A stretch of 64,000 bases of DNA, taken from the NCBI GenBank assembly GCA_964515005.1, contig CAZEVT010000003.1:12815-76814 (forward strand). Reading direction: 5' to 3'. Shown one piece after another: positions 29,791 through 39,953 of this stretch (position 1 is the stretch's first letter; each line of letters opens with the position of its first letter). A program made the position numbers and the translations under genes. The notes below the pieces were generated by a model. The model did not search any database and was not told the DNA's origin. It saw only the letters and a program-made list of their open reading frames with translations. Origin of the DNA: an uncultured Gammaproteobacteria bacterium. Its GTDB lineage: Bacteria > Patescibacteriota > Microgenomatia > UBA10105 > UBA927.

Positions 29791-31700
29791 AATCTTACTT
29801 CACAAGAAATAAATTTTCTTTTCTTGCACTAATAGTTGCTATTATATTTTTTATCATTCCCTTTTTTTGGCTGAAGCCCGGATTTGTGGATCTGGGAGGG
29901 GACGCCGGGAGATTATATTTTCTTGATCCTCTCGCTGTTGCGCGGAATTTGTATTCGTATAGTAATTTAGCCTGGGCAACCTCTCACGCCATCATTCCTT
30001 ATGAATTATTTTTGGCTTTTTTGCATAGATTCATTACATCTCCGACAAACATGATTGTTTTGGAACATGGTGTGCAGCTGTCACTGGCGTTTCTTTTTAT
30101 GTTTCTCGTTATACGAGATATACTCTCACTATCGTCGCGACGGTCAGATGTACGTGTAGGATGGGTGAGCATTGCCGGTGGTCTTGTGTACGTTGGATTC
30201 GTTACGAGCATGGGCTGGGCTACATCGCTGCCGAGCCTCAATCAAGTATTTCTCAATCCGCTTCTTTTTTATCTGCTTTTGCGATATTGTCTGAACCGCT
30301 CGTTTTGGTATATGCCGACCATTCTTCTTCTCACTCTCTTATATTCCATAAACTTCGGGTTTTCATCGATGCCCCAGATTATGTCCTTCTATCCGTTGGT
30401 CATAGGGTTTCTTTTGATCGTACTTTCGCGTCTGTTTGGGCGGTCAATTCCATGGCGCGGCTTACTCACCCTGGGATTGCTTTTTGTAGGACTCCATTCT
30501 TTTCATATCATACCAACTATAGCATCCATAGTGGACACAAGTACGACGACGCATTCTTATGTTCTTAGTGATCAGTCGATACAGTATTCGGGTGTACATT
30601 ATTTCGCCGTTAACCATGAGGCACTTGGAAAAATTAGCACAGAATTGTTTGCGCCGTCCAAGGGGAGCCAGAATTTGCTCATTCTCTTGATTCCTATAAT
30701 TATTCTTCTGGGATTCATGGGACGCCCGTCAAAACTCCTAGCGGTAGTCGGGATATTTTTTGCAGTGACCTTTTTCCTCGTTTCCGCAAATATTACGAAG
30801 CTCGGAGTCGAATTGTATCAAAAACTGTTTTATATTCCCGGATTTATGATGTTTCGGTCGTTTAACGAAAAGTGGTATCCGGTTTTCGCGTTCTTCTACG
30901 TACTGCTTTTTGCATTTTCATTCTATTCGCTTGTCAAAAACAAAAAACCATGGATCGTTGTTGCGTTGTCCTTAATACTCATCGGGTCAACCATATATCG
31001 CATCATTCCTTTCTTACAGGGGAAAGCAATCGATGTTCCGCACTATCAATCTAAAAACGTGTCGACGGTATTTTCGATGGATCCGGACTTGATGGATACG
31101 GTTTCATTTGTACGCATACTGCCGGAAGGAAAAGTTTTGACCTTACCTCTCACTTTTCCATATTATCAGATTGCCTACGGTAAAGAGGGTGGAGCGTATG
31201 TGGGCGTCTCCATGATTATAAATTTGGCAGGCAGAGAGGATTTTACGGGATTTTGGCGTTTTGGTGAGTACGCACAGGGCATGTTTGACGCCATTCATGA
31301 CGAGGACGTGAACCGTATTCTACAGATTCTTTCCAGCCTTAAAGTGCGTTACGTTTTTTATAATTCAGACTCCCGCATCATGGATAATTTTCCAGATTAC
31401 CCGTATATATACCCGGGTCTCATGTACTCATCGAAAGATCAGTTGCCGGCCATTCGTGATCAGGCTGCATATAAATCGTTTTTGGCAAAATTACCGCTAA
31501 AAAAGATATATGAAAAAGGATTTTATTCACTGTACGAAATTGGCTATGCTCATCCGCCTGTATATACGTCGAATTTTGAGACACCAGCACGAGAAAATCA
31601 ATATTTTTTTATCGGACGCCTCCTCAGCGTAGCAACACTCGTTATATTCGGTTTGCTTATTTTTCGAGAGCTGGTTCGGAGGCGCAATGAAAAGAACTAA
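29787..31700 (+). CDS. Large polytopic membrane protein, unnamed GT-C-like family (paralog group with 33602 and 36581)
   Basis: 637 aa. N-terminal TM then the GGDAGRLYFLDP loop, about 12 TM helices, an internal YIPGFMMFRSF motif, a C-terminal soluble domain and a terminal TM anchor. Confidence 0.45.
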   Translation: MKSYFTRNKFSFLALIVAIIFFIIPFFWLKPGFVDLGGDAGRLYFLDPLAVARNLYSYSNLAWATSHAIIPYELFLAFLHRFITSPTNMIVLEHGVQLSLAFLFMFLVIRDILSLSSRRSDVRVGWVSIAGGLVYVGFVTSMGWATSLPSLNQVFLNPLLFYLLLRYCLNRSFWYMPTILLLTLLYSINFGFSSMPQIMSFYPLVIGFLLIVLSRLFGRSIPWRGLLTLGLLFVGLHSFHIIPTIASIVDTSTTTHSYVLSDQSIQYSGVHYFAVNHEALGKISTELFAPSKGSQNLLILLIPIIILLGFMGRPSKLLAVVGIFFAVTFFLVSANITKLGVELYQKLFYIPGFMMFRSFNEKWYPVFAFFYVLLFAFSFYSLVKNKKPWIVVALSLILIGSTIYRIIPFLQGKAIDVPHYQSKNVSTVFSMDPDLMDTVSFVRILPEGKVLTLPLTFPYYQIAYGKEGGAYVGVSMIINLAGREDFTGFWRFGEYAQGMFDAIHDEDVNRILQILSSLKVRYVFYNSDSRIMDNFPDYPYIYPGLMYSSKDQLPAIRDQAAYKSFLAKLPLKKIYEKGFYSLYEIGYAHPPVYTSNFETPARENQYFFIGRLLSVATLVIFGLLIFRELVRRRNEKN

Positions 31701-32019
31701 AGCACTAACAACCATTTCACTTTTTCTAATTCCGCTTATAATCGGTGTTGTGTTTGTGGACCTCTCGGGGACATTTTCGTATAGCGATCTTCCTTTTGCG
31801 ATAGCATTTTTGCTATATATTACGTTTGTATTCCTTCAGCGCGCAAAAAGCAGAACTGCCTTTATTATGAGTCTGTTTTTTCTTGCATGGATGGGGCTTT
31901 CGTACGTTCCGACCGGCGCGAGCGTATTGACGGAGCGGATAGGGGAATGGTTTTACTTGTTTTTCGTATTCGGACTTATACAGTACAATAAGGAAGTTTG
32001 GCATATTCCAACGCCATGA
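31687..32019 (+). CDS. Small integral membrane protein (3-4 TM)
   Basis: 110 aa, hydrophobic, translationally coupled to the flanking genes. Confidence 0.35.
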   Translation: MKRTKALTTISLFLIPLIIGVVFVDLSGTFSYSDLPFAIAFLLYITFVFLQRAKSRTAFIMSLFFLAWMGLSYVPTGASVLTERIGEWFYLFFVFGLIQYNKEVWHIPTP

Positions 32020-32687
32020 ATCGACAACAATCATTTTACGATAAGATTCCAGAATATGTTGAATTACAGGGCTATAACCCTGATAAAATCCGATTTATTC
32101 TCGATTCCGTTGACACAGGACTACGCATCTTGGATGTAGGATGCAACAACGGATTTATTGGGTCCATGCTTTTGAGAAAAAAGAATGACGTATACGGAAT
32201 TGACATAGCAGAACATAAAATACGCAGAGCGAAGAAGCGCGGGGTAAAAGCCATTGTAATTGATGTAGAAAATGAAAGCTTCCCGTTCAGATCAAATTAT
32301 TTTGACATTGTGCTGCTTACGGATGTTATAGAACATGTATTTGACACGGATTTGCTGTTACAAAAAATTTACAAGGTGCTTAAACCGGGAGGAACCCTCC
32401 TTATTACGACCCCCAATGTTGCATCGCTCGGCAGACGACTGATGCTTCTGTTCGGAATAAATCCGTTTTTGGAATATTCGACTCGCTACATCGACTATGT
32501 GCCTCGTCCGGTCGGCCATATAAGATATTACACGCATTCTGACCTTCGTCGTCAGCTGGAGCGCAATAATTACCGAAGCGTCATCACCAAAGGCGATCGT
32601 GTTAACTTTATTCTATTTTCGAATATATTTGCAGCGTTTTTGTTTCCGTCGTTGTCAGTCGATATACTTTGCCGAGCCACGAAATAA
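31998..32687 (+). CDS. Class I SAM-dependent methyltransferase
   Basis: ILDVGCNNGF motif I and the VLKPGGTLLITTPN motif. Confidence 0.75.
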   Translation: MAYSNAMNRQQSFYDKIPEYVELQGYNPDKIRFILDSVDTGLRILDVGCNNGFIGSMLLRKKNDVYGIDIAEHKIRRAKKRGVKAIVIDVENESFPFRSNYFDIVLLTDVIEHVFDTDLLLQKIYKVLKPGGTLLITTPNVASLGRRLMLLFGINPFLEYSTRYIDYVPRPVGHIRYYTHSDLRRQLERNNYRSVITKGDRVNFILFSNIFAAFLFPSLSVDILCRATK

Positions 32688-32691
32688 TTCT

Positions 32692-33612
32692 ATGCATTGT
32701 ATTGTTTGCGGTTACACCGCCTGGACATACGTATTTGCCGCACAAGATCGGATGTTCGGATTACCCGGGCAGTTCCGTGAGTACCGGTGCACTCACTGTG
32801 GATTGATGCGTTTATACCCGAAACCATCAAAGGAACAGTTAAAAAAATATTATCCATCCGCGTCGTACTACTCGTACAGGAAGACACGAAATTATAATTT
32901 TTTCAGGAGCCTGCGATCGTATCTCATATCTCATTTATACCGACCTTCCGTATGGTCTGTCATTATCGAGATATTTGTGACAGTTCCCGCGATGCCCCGC
33001 ATACGCCGCGGTCGCATACTTGATGTCGGATGCGGGAGTGGGGAGACCATGTCACTCCTTCAATCGGTAGGATGGGATGTGTATGGACTGGATATTGATA
33101 AGAACGCCATTGGCGTTGCGCGAACACAGGGGTTGCAGCATGCGTCCGTCGGTTCTCATGAAGATATAGGGAAATACCCGGATCATTTTTTCGATGTCAT
33201 ACGCATGTATCACGTTATTGAACATTTATCCGATCCTTTGCTCTGTCTTCGACTTGCACGTAGAAAGCTTAAGTCAGGCGGAGAGATAATTGTCGGTACA
33301 CCAAACGAAGCGAGCTTTGTTGCGAGAGTCGCCAGACAATATTGGTATAATTTGGATTGCCCGAGGCATCTCTATTTGTTCACCCCACAAACGCTCGGCC
33401 TGCTGTTGAAAAAAGCCAAGTTTACGAGTCTTCAGATGAATTTTTGTTCAGCTGGAGGGGTCGTGGGGAGCATGCAATACGTATGTAACGAAATATTCTC
33501 TAAAGATATTAATTTAATAAATCGATTGTGGGTCGTTTTATTGGTTTACCCGTTTGAGTGGTTCCTCGATCGATTGGAGCTTGGTGACGTCTTTGTGACA
33601 TATGCGAAGTAA
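32692..33612 (+). CDS. SAM-dependent methyltransferase with N-terminal zinc ribbon
   Basis: CIVCGY...CTHCG ribbon, then ILDVGCGSGE motif I. The likely start is ATG 32692. Confidence 0.7.
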   Translation: MHCIVCGYTAWTYVFAAQDRMFGLPGQFREYRCTHCGLMRLYPKPSKEQLKKYYPSASYYSYRKTRNYNFFRSLRSYLISHLYRPSVWSVIIEIFVTVPAMPRIRRGRILDVGCGSGETMSLLQSVGWDVYGLDIDKNAIGVARTQGLQHASVGSHEDIGKYPDHFFDVIRMYHVIEHLSDPLLCLRLARRKLKSGGEIIVGTPNEASFVARVARQYWYNLDCPRHLYLFTPQTLGLLLKKAKFTSLQMNFCSAGGVVGSMQYVCNEIFSKDINLINRLWVVLLVYPFEWFLDRLELGDVFVTYAK

Positions 33613-36571
33613 TATGTGGAAAAAATTCATCGCGTTTTTGTACCGTAACTTTGAATACGCTTTTGTCATCATTCTTGCATTCCCACCGCTCCTTTGGTTT
33701 CGCGACGGGTATGTACTCTTAGGTCACGATGCCGGGTTCCGACTCGATTATCTCTCTCAGCTTCCCAATGTATTCTATTCTTGGAATTCTACATATAACT
33801 TCGGAATTGACTGGAGCATGTTTAAGGGATTTCTCGTAACTCAATTTCCGGAAGTTACGTTTTCCGTTCTGACAGGTTCATTTGCCGTAGGAGAAAAACT
33901 GTCTCTCATTTTCTGGTTTGCGCTTATGGGCATAGGGATGTTGACCCTGCTTCGGAGTGTATTTCCGGCACCAACATACAGATTATTTAGATTATTTTCA
34001 AGCACCTTTTACATGTATAACTTTTTTATCCTGAGCGGTTGGACTATTGGCGAACGAGCGAAATTCTCCCTCTGGGCTGCGTTGCCGATTGGACTGCTTT
34101 TGATATACAACGTATTTGTCCGCAATCATTCCGTTATCCGAAACGGAATATGTTTCGGGTTGCTGTACTTTTTCCTTAACGGCGGAGGTGTTCTGCCGTT
34201 GTATGGCGGCACCGTCGTCGTTTTGGGTCTGGCATTTGTCTACTTCACGATACTGAGATTTAGAAAAGACGGATGGAGTGCGGTATGGTTTTGTAGCAAG
34301 GTGATATCGGCTTTTGTACTTCCGTTTGTCTTGTTGAACGCCTATTATATAGTTCCAAATGTTGGACTGCTAAAAACTAGCTACGGTTCTTCTGTTGCGG
34401 CTCAAGGGGGTATAGACGGACTTATCGCATGGGAGCGGGGTATTAGCCAAAATGCGTCGTTTTTTAACGTCATTCGGCTTCAGGGGTTACCTGATTGGTC
34501 GCCAGGCGCCGCGCAGCAGTATATCCATGCTTTTCTTACTAATCCATTTTTGATTATTTTCAGTTTTATTCCCATTGTTTCTATTATTCTGGGGTTTGCA
34601 TGGATACGGTTTGCCAACAGCACAAAAGAACAGCGGTTATTGGTAATATTCCTCATTCTCCTTCTCCCGTTTGGTCTGGTGTTAACAATGGGAACGCATC
34701 CACCGACCGGAATTCTGTACGAATTTGCCATGAAAAAGATTCCAGGGTTTGTGATGCTGCGTTCCAGTTTTTATAAGTTTGCGCCGGCTTTTTGGTTTCC
34801 TATGATTGTACTTTCCGGCTATTTTTTGAATCAACTTTTACTTCGAGTAAAGAAAAGCCCAAAGGTATATCAGATTATAGGCATATGCGCAATCATTGGT
34901 CTTTTGGCCTATCATTATCCGTTTTTTACCACAGACGCATTTACACTATCCGATAATTTTTCTACCCGCGTACGAATTCCGTCATATCTGGCTGACATTA
35001 CCACTCAAGTGAAGAGTCACGTGGAGGAAAGCAGCGCGATTCTTGTCGTGCCCAAAATGGAAATGTATTTTCCTGACTTACCGGTGGATACGTATACTTG
35101 GGGCTATTTCAGCCTGGATATTTTACCCCGTAATGCAATCAACAGACGGTTTATTGCGAATGATGGGCACAACCCGATAGTTCAAAGTCTTTATAACGCG
35201 CTCTATGCAGGCGATGCAGAAGCGACAACATACCTTGCGGGAGTTCTTCGCATCGATTACATTCTTTGGCGTGGGGACGCGAGACTGAGCGTGCAAACAC
35301 AGCTATATGATTCTCCTGATATAGCCAAGACTTTACTCGATACGAATCCGGATTTTAAGCGTATATTTGAAACCGAGTCATGGAGTTTATATAAAATTAT
35401 TCGGCAAGAAGTCGAGCAAAAAATATATGCTACCACATCGGTCGCCGCGTATCGGGGATCGGACGAGGCCGCCGGATTTCTCATACAGGATAAAGAGGTT
35501 CGTGATACGCTCACATTGGCAAAAATTCAGGATACCAGTCAACTTCAGAACATGCCGTATCAACGTCTGTTCTTTGAGGCAGAATGCAGTATGTGTGTGA
35601 AAAACGAATTTCAGAGTCTTGTCGACTCAATTGCTCTACCCAATAAACGTCTGACTCCGGCGTCTCCACTGTTTATGTTTGAAACATGGCGACAAAGCCA
35701 GCTTACGAAGCGCGTAGCTAACCTACCAAACGAACGCATAGACGCAGATCTCGCATTAGCGCAAAACTTTCTCTCTTATGTGAACGCGTTGAACAGACCA
35801 GAGTATTTTGTGCAGTACCTATCATACATGAATGATGCGATGGGTACCTGGGATGGATTCAAGGGGAGAGATAGGAATACGTATGCGATTCGATTACTCG
35901 CGTATATAGAGTCCCATGTGCATGCGCTCGCATCTCTCCAGGGGATGTCCGGTGCCGATGCTGTTTCTCAACGACTTGATGAAATGACGAAGAATTTGCA
36001 GAGGAACGTCTGGATGTCCGAAGGCAGTACATACAGATACATGATTTTGCTTGATGAAGAAGGCACGTATGAGTTGGAAATGAATACAAATCCGTCTGAC
36101 GTTGTGCACATATCACTAGATGGGGTAACACATCAATTAGGTTCACCTGCACGTTTGACATCCGGTTTGCATACAATAGAGGTATCCTTGGTTGACGAGC
36201 ATGTTTGGCGGCCGTATGTGTTTTTGAAAAAATCTATCCAACGCGATTTCGGTAGTCCTCCGCACATTACCTTTACAAAATTGAATCCGACCAAATATAT
36301 CGCGCATGTGAATAACAGTTCGGATCGCCAATTTTTGTTAGTGTTTAAGGAGCAGTATGATCCCCGGTGGACGACATCCATCACGGGTGCGACACACGTC
36401 ATGGTCGATGGATTTGCGAATGGGTGGATTATCAATACACCGGGAGTATACGATGTTGAAGTGTACTATATGCCGCAGGGTTATTTTTATATTGGTCTTG
36501 TTATTACTGGAGGCACGATACTTATTATCGGAATAGCGTATGGTATGTCTATAATGAAGCGTAGAAAATAG
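33602..36571 (+). CDS. Very large membrane protein, unnamed GT-C-like family, with ~600-aa extracytoplasmic C-terminal domain
   Basis: 989 aa. N-terminal GHDAGFRLDY loop, KIPGFVMLRSSF motif, multiple TM helices, a long soluble region and a C-terminal TM anchor (GGTILIIGIAYG). Confidence 0.45.
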   Translation: MRSNMWKKFIAFLYRNFEYAFVIILAFPPLLWFRDGYVLLGHDAGFRLDYLSQLPNVFYSWNSTYNFGIDWSMFKGFLVTQFPEVTFSVLTGSFAVGEKLSLIFWFALMGIGMLTLLRSVFPAPTYRLFRLFSSTFYMYNFFILSGWTIGERAKFSLWAALPIGLLLIYNVFVRNHSVIRNGICFGLLYFFLNGGGVLPLYGGTVVVLGLAFVYFTILRFRKDGWSAVWFCSKVISAFVLPFVLLNAYYIVPNVGLLKTSYGSSVAAQGGIDGLIAWERGISQNASFFNVIRLQGLPDWSPGAAQQYIHAFLTNPFLIIFSFIPIVSIILGFAWIRFANSTKEQRLLVIFLILLLPFGLVLTMGTHPPTGILYEFAMKKIPGFVMLRSSFYKFAPAFWFPMIVLSGYFLNQLLLRVKKSPKVYQIIGICAIIGLLAYHYPFFTTDAFTLSDNFSTRVRIPSYLADITTQVKSHVEESSAILVVPKMEMYFPDLPVDTYTWGYFSLDILPRNAINRRFIANDGHNPIVQSLYNALYAGDAEATTYLAGVLRIDYILWRGDARLSVQTQLYDSPDIAKTLLDTNPDFKRIFETESWSLYKIIRQEVEQKIYATTSVAAYRGSDEAAGFLIQDKEVRDTLTLAKIQDTSQLQNMPYQRLFFEAECSMCVKNEFQSLVDSIALPNKRLTPASPLFMFETWRQSQLTKRVANLPNERIDADLALAQNFLSYVNALNRPEYFVQYLSYMNDAMGTWDGFKGRDRNTYAIRLLAYIESHVHALASLQGMSGADAVSQRLDEMTKNLQRNVWMSEGSTYRYMILLDEEGTYELEMNTNPSDVVHISLDGVTHQLGSPARLTSGLHTIEVSLVDEHVWRPYVFLKKSIQRDFGSPPHITFTKLNPTKYIAHVNNSSDRQFLLVFKEQYDPRWTTSITGATHVMVDGFANGWIINTPGVYDVEVYYMPQGYFYIGLVITGGTILIIGIAYGMSIMKRRK

Positions 36572-36580
36572 TATAACAAT

Positions 36581-38092
36581 ATGTTTCTTTGGTATTTTGC
36601 TTCAGGCGATTTGGAGTTTTTTTGGAAAGAACAGTTGCAGGTTCTTTCATGGTTGCCTCAAGTGTTTCGTGAAGACATCGGATTTGGATTTAATATGCTT
36701 CTGAGCCTGTGGCTCGACTACCCGTTCCGAATTGTATTGAAGATACTATCCGGCATGGGTTTATCCTGGTTTATTATAGAAAAATTATTGTGGCTGTCGG
36801 TTTTATTACTCGCTGTCTATTCATCCTATCTATTGGCGTCACGTATATTGGGGAAAAACGTGTTTACGTATTTGGCGCCCGTCATCTATGCCACAAACAG
36901 TTACTTCTTGCTTCTTTTCAGCGGGGGACAGTTGGGGGTTGCGTTTGCGTACGCAATCGCACCGTTTGTTCTGATGAAATTTTTGCAAGGCAAGGCTATA
37001 GCAAATGGTCTGTGGCTCGCGCTTTTGGTTGTATTCGATCTTCGTATTGCATATTTGGTTGTTGGCGCAATTGTGTTATATCTGATACTTGAGAAGAAAT
37101 TTAGCTCGTTTTATTCTTTAGGAATTTCCCTCGCGGTTGCGGCGAGTGTACATCTGTATTGGATTTTACCCACAGTGTTGGCCAGTCGCGGAACTGCAGG
37201 TTTAGGAGAGCAATTTACCAACCCCGGCATGCTCAAGTTTTTGAGTTTTGCGGATTTCTCACATACGCTCGCGCTTCTCCATCCCAACTGGCCGGAGAAT
37301 TTGTTTGGAAAGGTGTATTTCTTGCAGCCGGAGTTTTTACTCTTGCCAATCATTGCATTTTCCGCGCTTTTATTTCGTGAACAAAAAATTCGTTTCTTTG
37401 CGCTACTGGCCCTAGTGGGAGCATTTTTTTCGAAAGGAGTTCAAGAACCCCTCGGGGGGATTTTCCAGTGGATGTTTACGTATATCCCTGGGTTTGTCAT
37501 GTTCCGAGATCCTACGAAATTCTATGTATTGACTGCAATCGGGTACTCTGTACTTATTCCGTTTGCTCTAAAACGAATGAACAAAATGATACTCTATATA
37601 TGTTTTATTCTTTTTTGGATTTTTACCGTGCGAGCTATCAATGTACGGCCGGTCCAACTTCCGCAGGAATATGTGCAGTTAAAAAATCTTCTTGTTTCGG
37701 ATGCCGTGCCGTCGCGGACGTTATGGATTCCGCAAAAAGAAAACTTCGCTTATTTTTCGGACATTCACCCGATTTTGATATCAACAGCAACTGCATCCAT
37801 AGATTCGAGCGTAAAATATGTTATTGTACCGACCGACGTGAATAAACGCATTTTTTTGAATGATTACAAATTTGATCTGTCAGTTCGAACAAAGCTGATT
37901 GATGAGCTAGGATTAACTTTAAACAGAAATCCGTCCTTTCGTGATCTTGCTGTATTTGAAAATCCAGATTTTACACAGATGCAGAGCACGGTGCCAGCGA
38001 TTGCAGTCAAGCAGCAACGATTGGCAAACGTGGGGCTCTTAGCCAGCATTGTTTCACTCGTTGGCTGGATAATCGCACGAAAAGTATTATGA
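36581..38092 (+). CDS. Polytopic membrane protein, same unnamed family (short form)
   Basis: 503 aa with SGDLEFFW near the N-terminus and a YIPGFVMFRDP motif. Lacks the long C-terminal domain. Confidence 0.4.
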   Translation: MFLWYFASGDLEFFWKEQLQVLSWLPQVFREDIGFGFNMLLSLWLDYPFRIVLKILSGMGLSWFIIEKLLWLSVLLLAVYSSYLLASRILGKNVFTYLAPVIYATNSYFLLLFSGGQLGVAFAYAIAPFVLMKFLQGKAIANGLWLALLVVFDLRIAYLVVGAIVLYLILEKKFSSFYSLGISLAVAASVHLYWILPTVLASRGTAGLGEQFTNPGMLKFLSFADFSHTLALLHPNWPENLFGKVYFLQPEFLLLPIIAFSALLFREQKIRFFALLALVGAFFSKGVQEPLGGIFQWMFTYIPGFVMFRDPTKFYVLTAIGYSVLIPFALKRMNKMILYICFILFWIFTVRAINVRPVQLPQEYVQLKNLLVSDAVPSRTLWIPQKENFAYFSDIHPILISTATASIDSSVKYVIVPTDVNKRIFLNDYKFDLSVRTKLIDELGLTLNRNPSFRDLAVFENPDFTQMQSTVPAIAVKQQRLANVGLLASIVSLVGWIIARKVL

Positions 38093-39936
38093 TACTTATT
38101 CTTATTTTTTATTTATTCTCAACGTTTTTCCTGGGCTGGACCATAGTCAAAAAGTGGTTTGGAGGCTTGCCGACACTTCTGTCAATTGTGGGCGCTTTTT
38201 TGCTGGGAACGGGGATAGGAGTACCGATTACCTATTTCCTGGCAGTTCTTTTTTCTAAAACTAGTGCGCCGATATTGTGGGGTACGATCACGGCTAGTGC
38301 AGCGGCAATTGTCATCAGATATCAGTTATCTCATCCAAAGGCTGATCGTCCTCTGGACGATGTTATCAACAAGAATAATAAAATATCTTTGAGCGAAATA
38401 GCTCTTATCGTATTCTCCATGGTTTTCAGCACGTGGCTTATGACCAAGACGTTTCACGGGAATACGGCAGGAGAGCTATTTGTGGGAAGTAATAATATTT
38501 TTGATTTTGGATTTATGGTTGGGCTCGTCCGGTCGATATCGTGGGGGTCAAATATTCCGATACAGGAACCGTTTTTTGCAGGGTTCCCGCTTTTTTACCA
38601 TTTTTTCTTCGCCTTTTGGGTCGCTCTATGGGAATATTTTGGCGTTCCCATAGTCTGGGCGATGAATATCCCGAGCATACTTTCGTTTACTGCGATGCTT
38701 GTCGTTATATATTATTTGCCTCAAATTATCGCAAAGCAAAAACCCCTGGTTGGATGGATTGCGGTTCTTTTGACCATCACCAATAGTTCACTCACATTTT
38801 GGAAGATTGTAGGCAAACAGGATATCTGGCATCTGTCGACCTATCCATTTGCCGGACCGTTTGACGGATCTACGATTTCCATTTTTGTGACGCTCAATAG
38901 CTACGTGAACCAGCGTCATTTGGCGTTTGCTATCGCATATACGTTGTTTTTATTTCTTGTCTTTATCGTCTGGTTACAGCAAAAGAAAATTTCTCTATCC
39001 CATTCAGTAAAGCTCGGTGTGCTTACTGGTGTTTTATTTTTGTGGAATACCGTGGTGTTTCTTTTGGCCGTCGGAATATTCGGGTTCGTATTTGTTATGC
39101 AAAAGCGATGGAAGTCGGTGATTGTCTTTGGGATGACTGCAGCAACTGTCGCAATTATCGTCTTAGCGCCACAGGCAACGTTGCTATACAAAGTCTTACC
39201 ATTCTTGGGTTATCTGACAGAATCGCAGCGAAGTCTTTTCATACCCACGTGGAATATAGCGGAATACCTTTGGGAAAATTTGAGCATTCTCCCTGTCGTT
39301 GCTGTGTTGGGTTATATTGCTCTGACGAAAAAGACAAGACAATTTCTGCTGCCCTTTATTATTTTCTTTGTGGGCGCATGCATGCTTGCGACGGTCGGAA
39401 AGCGCGGATTTGATCAAAAGCTTCTATCATTTTTTATCATCGGTATCAATGTACTCGCCGCGGTTGGGCTGATGTGGTTGTGGGAGAGGCGCACCGTATT
39501 TTTTCGGGCATGTGCGATTGGTTTGTGCGTTATGCTGACCGTTTCGGGAGTCATAGATCTCTTTCCGATAAAAAACGAATTCGCATACCCTTTAATCGGG
39601 AAAGACAGCCTTCCGCTTATTTCGTGGATTCGGACGAATACAAACAAAAATTCAGTTTTTGTCTCGTATGAGGATATGATTGACCCGGTCGTGCTTGGAG
39701 GCAGAACGAATTACTATGGATTTTTCAAGAATGTCGGTCAATATGACCGTTCTGCGGATGTCAGACGTATATATGCAGGAGATGTTTCTTACGCAAAGAC
39801 GATCGGCATATCCTATATCCTCGTGCCGAAATGGCAGAAAAACGATTTTCCGTATGTGGCTGATACAGAGAATTTACGGAAACGCGTGGGAGTTGCATAC
39901 GAAGACAGCCGCTTCACCGTGTTTGCTATTGAGTAA
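38089..39936 (+). CDS. Polytopic membrane protein with C-terminal soluble domain (possible GT-C glycosyltransferase)
   Basis: 615 aa, about 13 TM helices, conserved loop residues. No assignable family. Confidence 0.35.
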   Translation: MILILIFYLFSTFFLGWTIVKKWFGGLPTLLSIVGAFLLGTGIGVPITYFLAVLFSKTSAPILWGTITASAAAIVIRYQLSHPKADRPLDDVINKNNKISLSEIALIVFSMVFSTWLMTKTFHGNTAGELFVGSNNIFDFGFMVGLVRSISWGSNIPIQEPFFAGFPLFYHFFFAFWVALWEYFGVPIVWAMNIPSILSFTAMLVVIYYLPQIIAKQKPLVGWIAVLLTITNSSLTFWKIVGKQDIWHLSTYPFAGPFDGSTISIFVTLNSYVNQRHLAFAIAYTLFLFLVFIVWLQQKKISLSHSVKLGVLTGVLFLWNTVVFLLAVGIFGFVFVMQKRWKSVIVFGMTAATVAIIVLAPQATLLYKVLPFLGYLTESQRSLFIPTWNIAEYLWENLSILPVVAVLGYIALTKKTRQFLLPFIIFFVGACMLATVGKRGFDQKLLSFFIIGINVLAAVGLMWLWERRTVFFRACAIGLCVMLTVSGVIDLFPIKNEFAYPLIGKDSLPLISWIRTNTNKNSVFVSYEDMIDPVVLGGRTNYYGFFKNVGQYDRSADVRRIYAGDVSYAKTIGISYILVPKWQKNDFPYVADTENLRKRVGVAYEDSRFTVFAIE

Positions 39937-39953
39937 TTTGATAGAATAAGATT

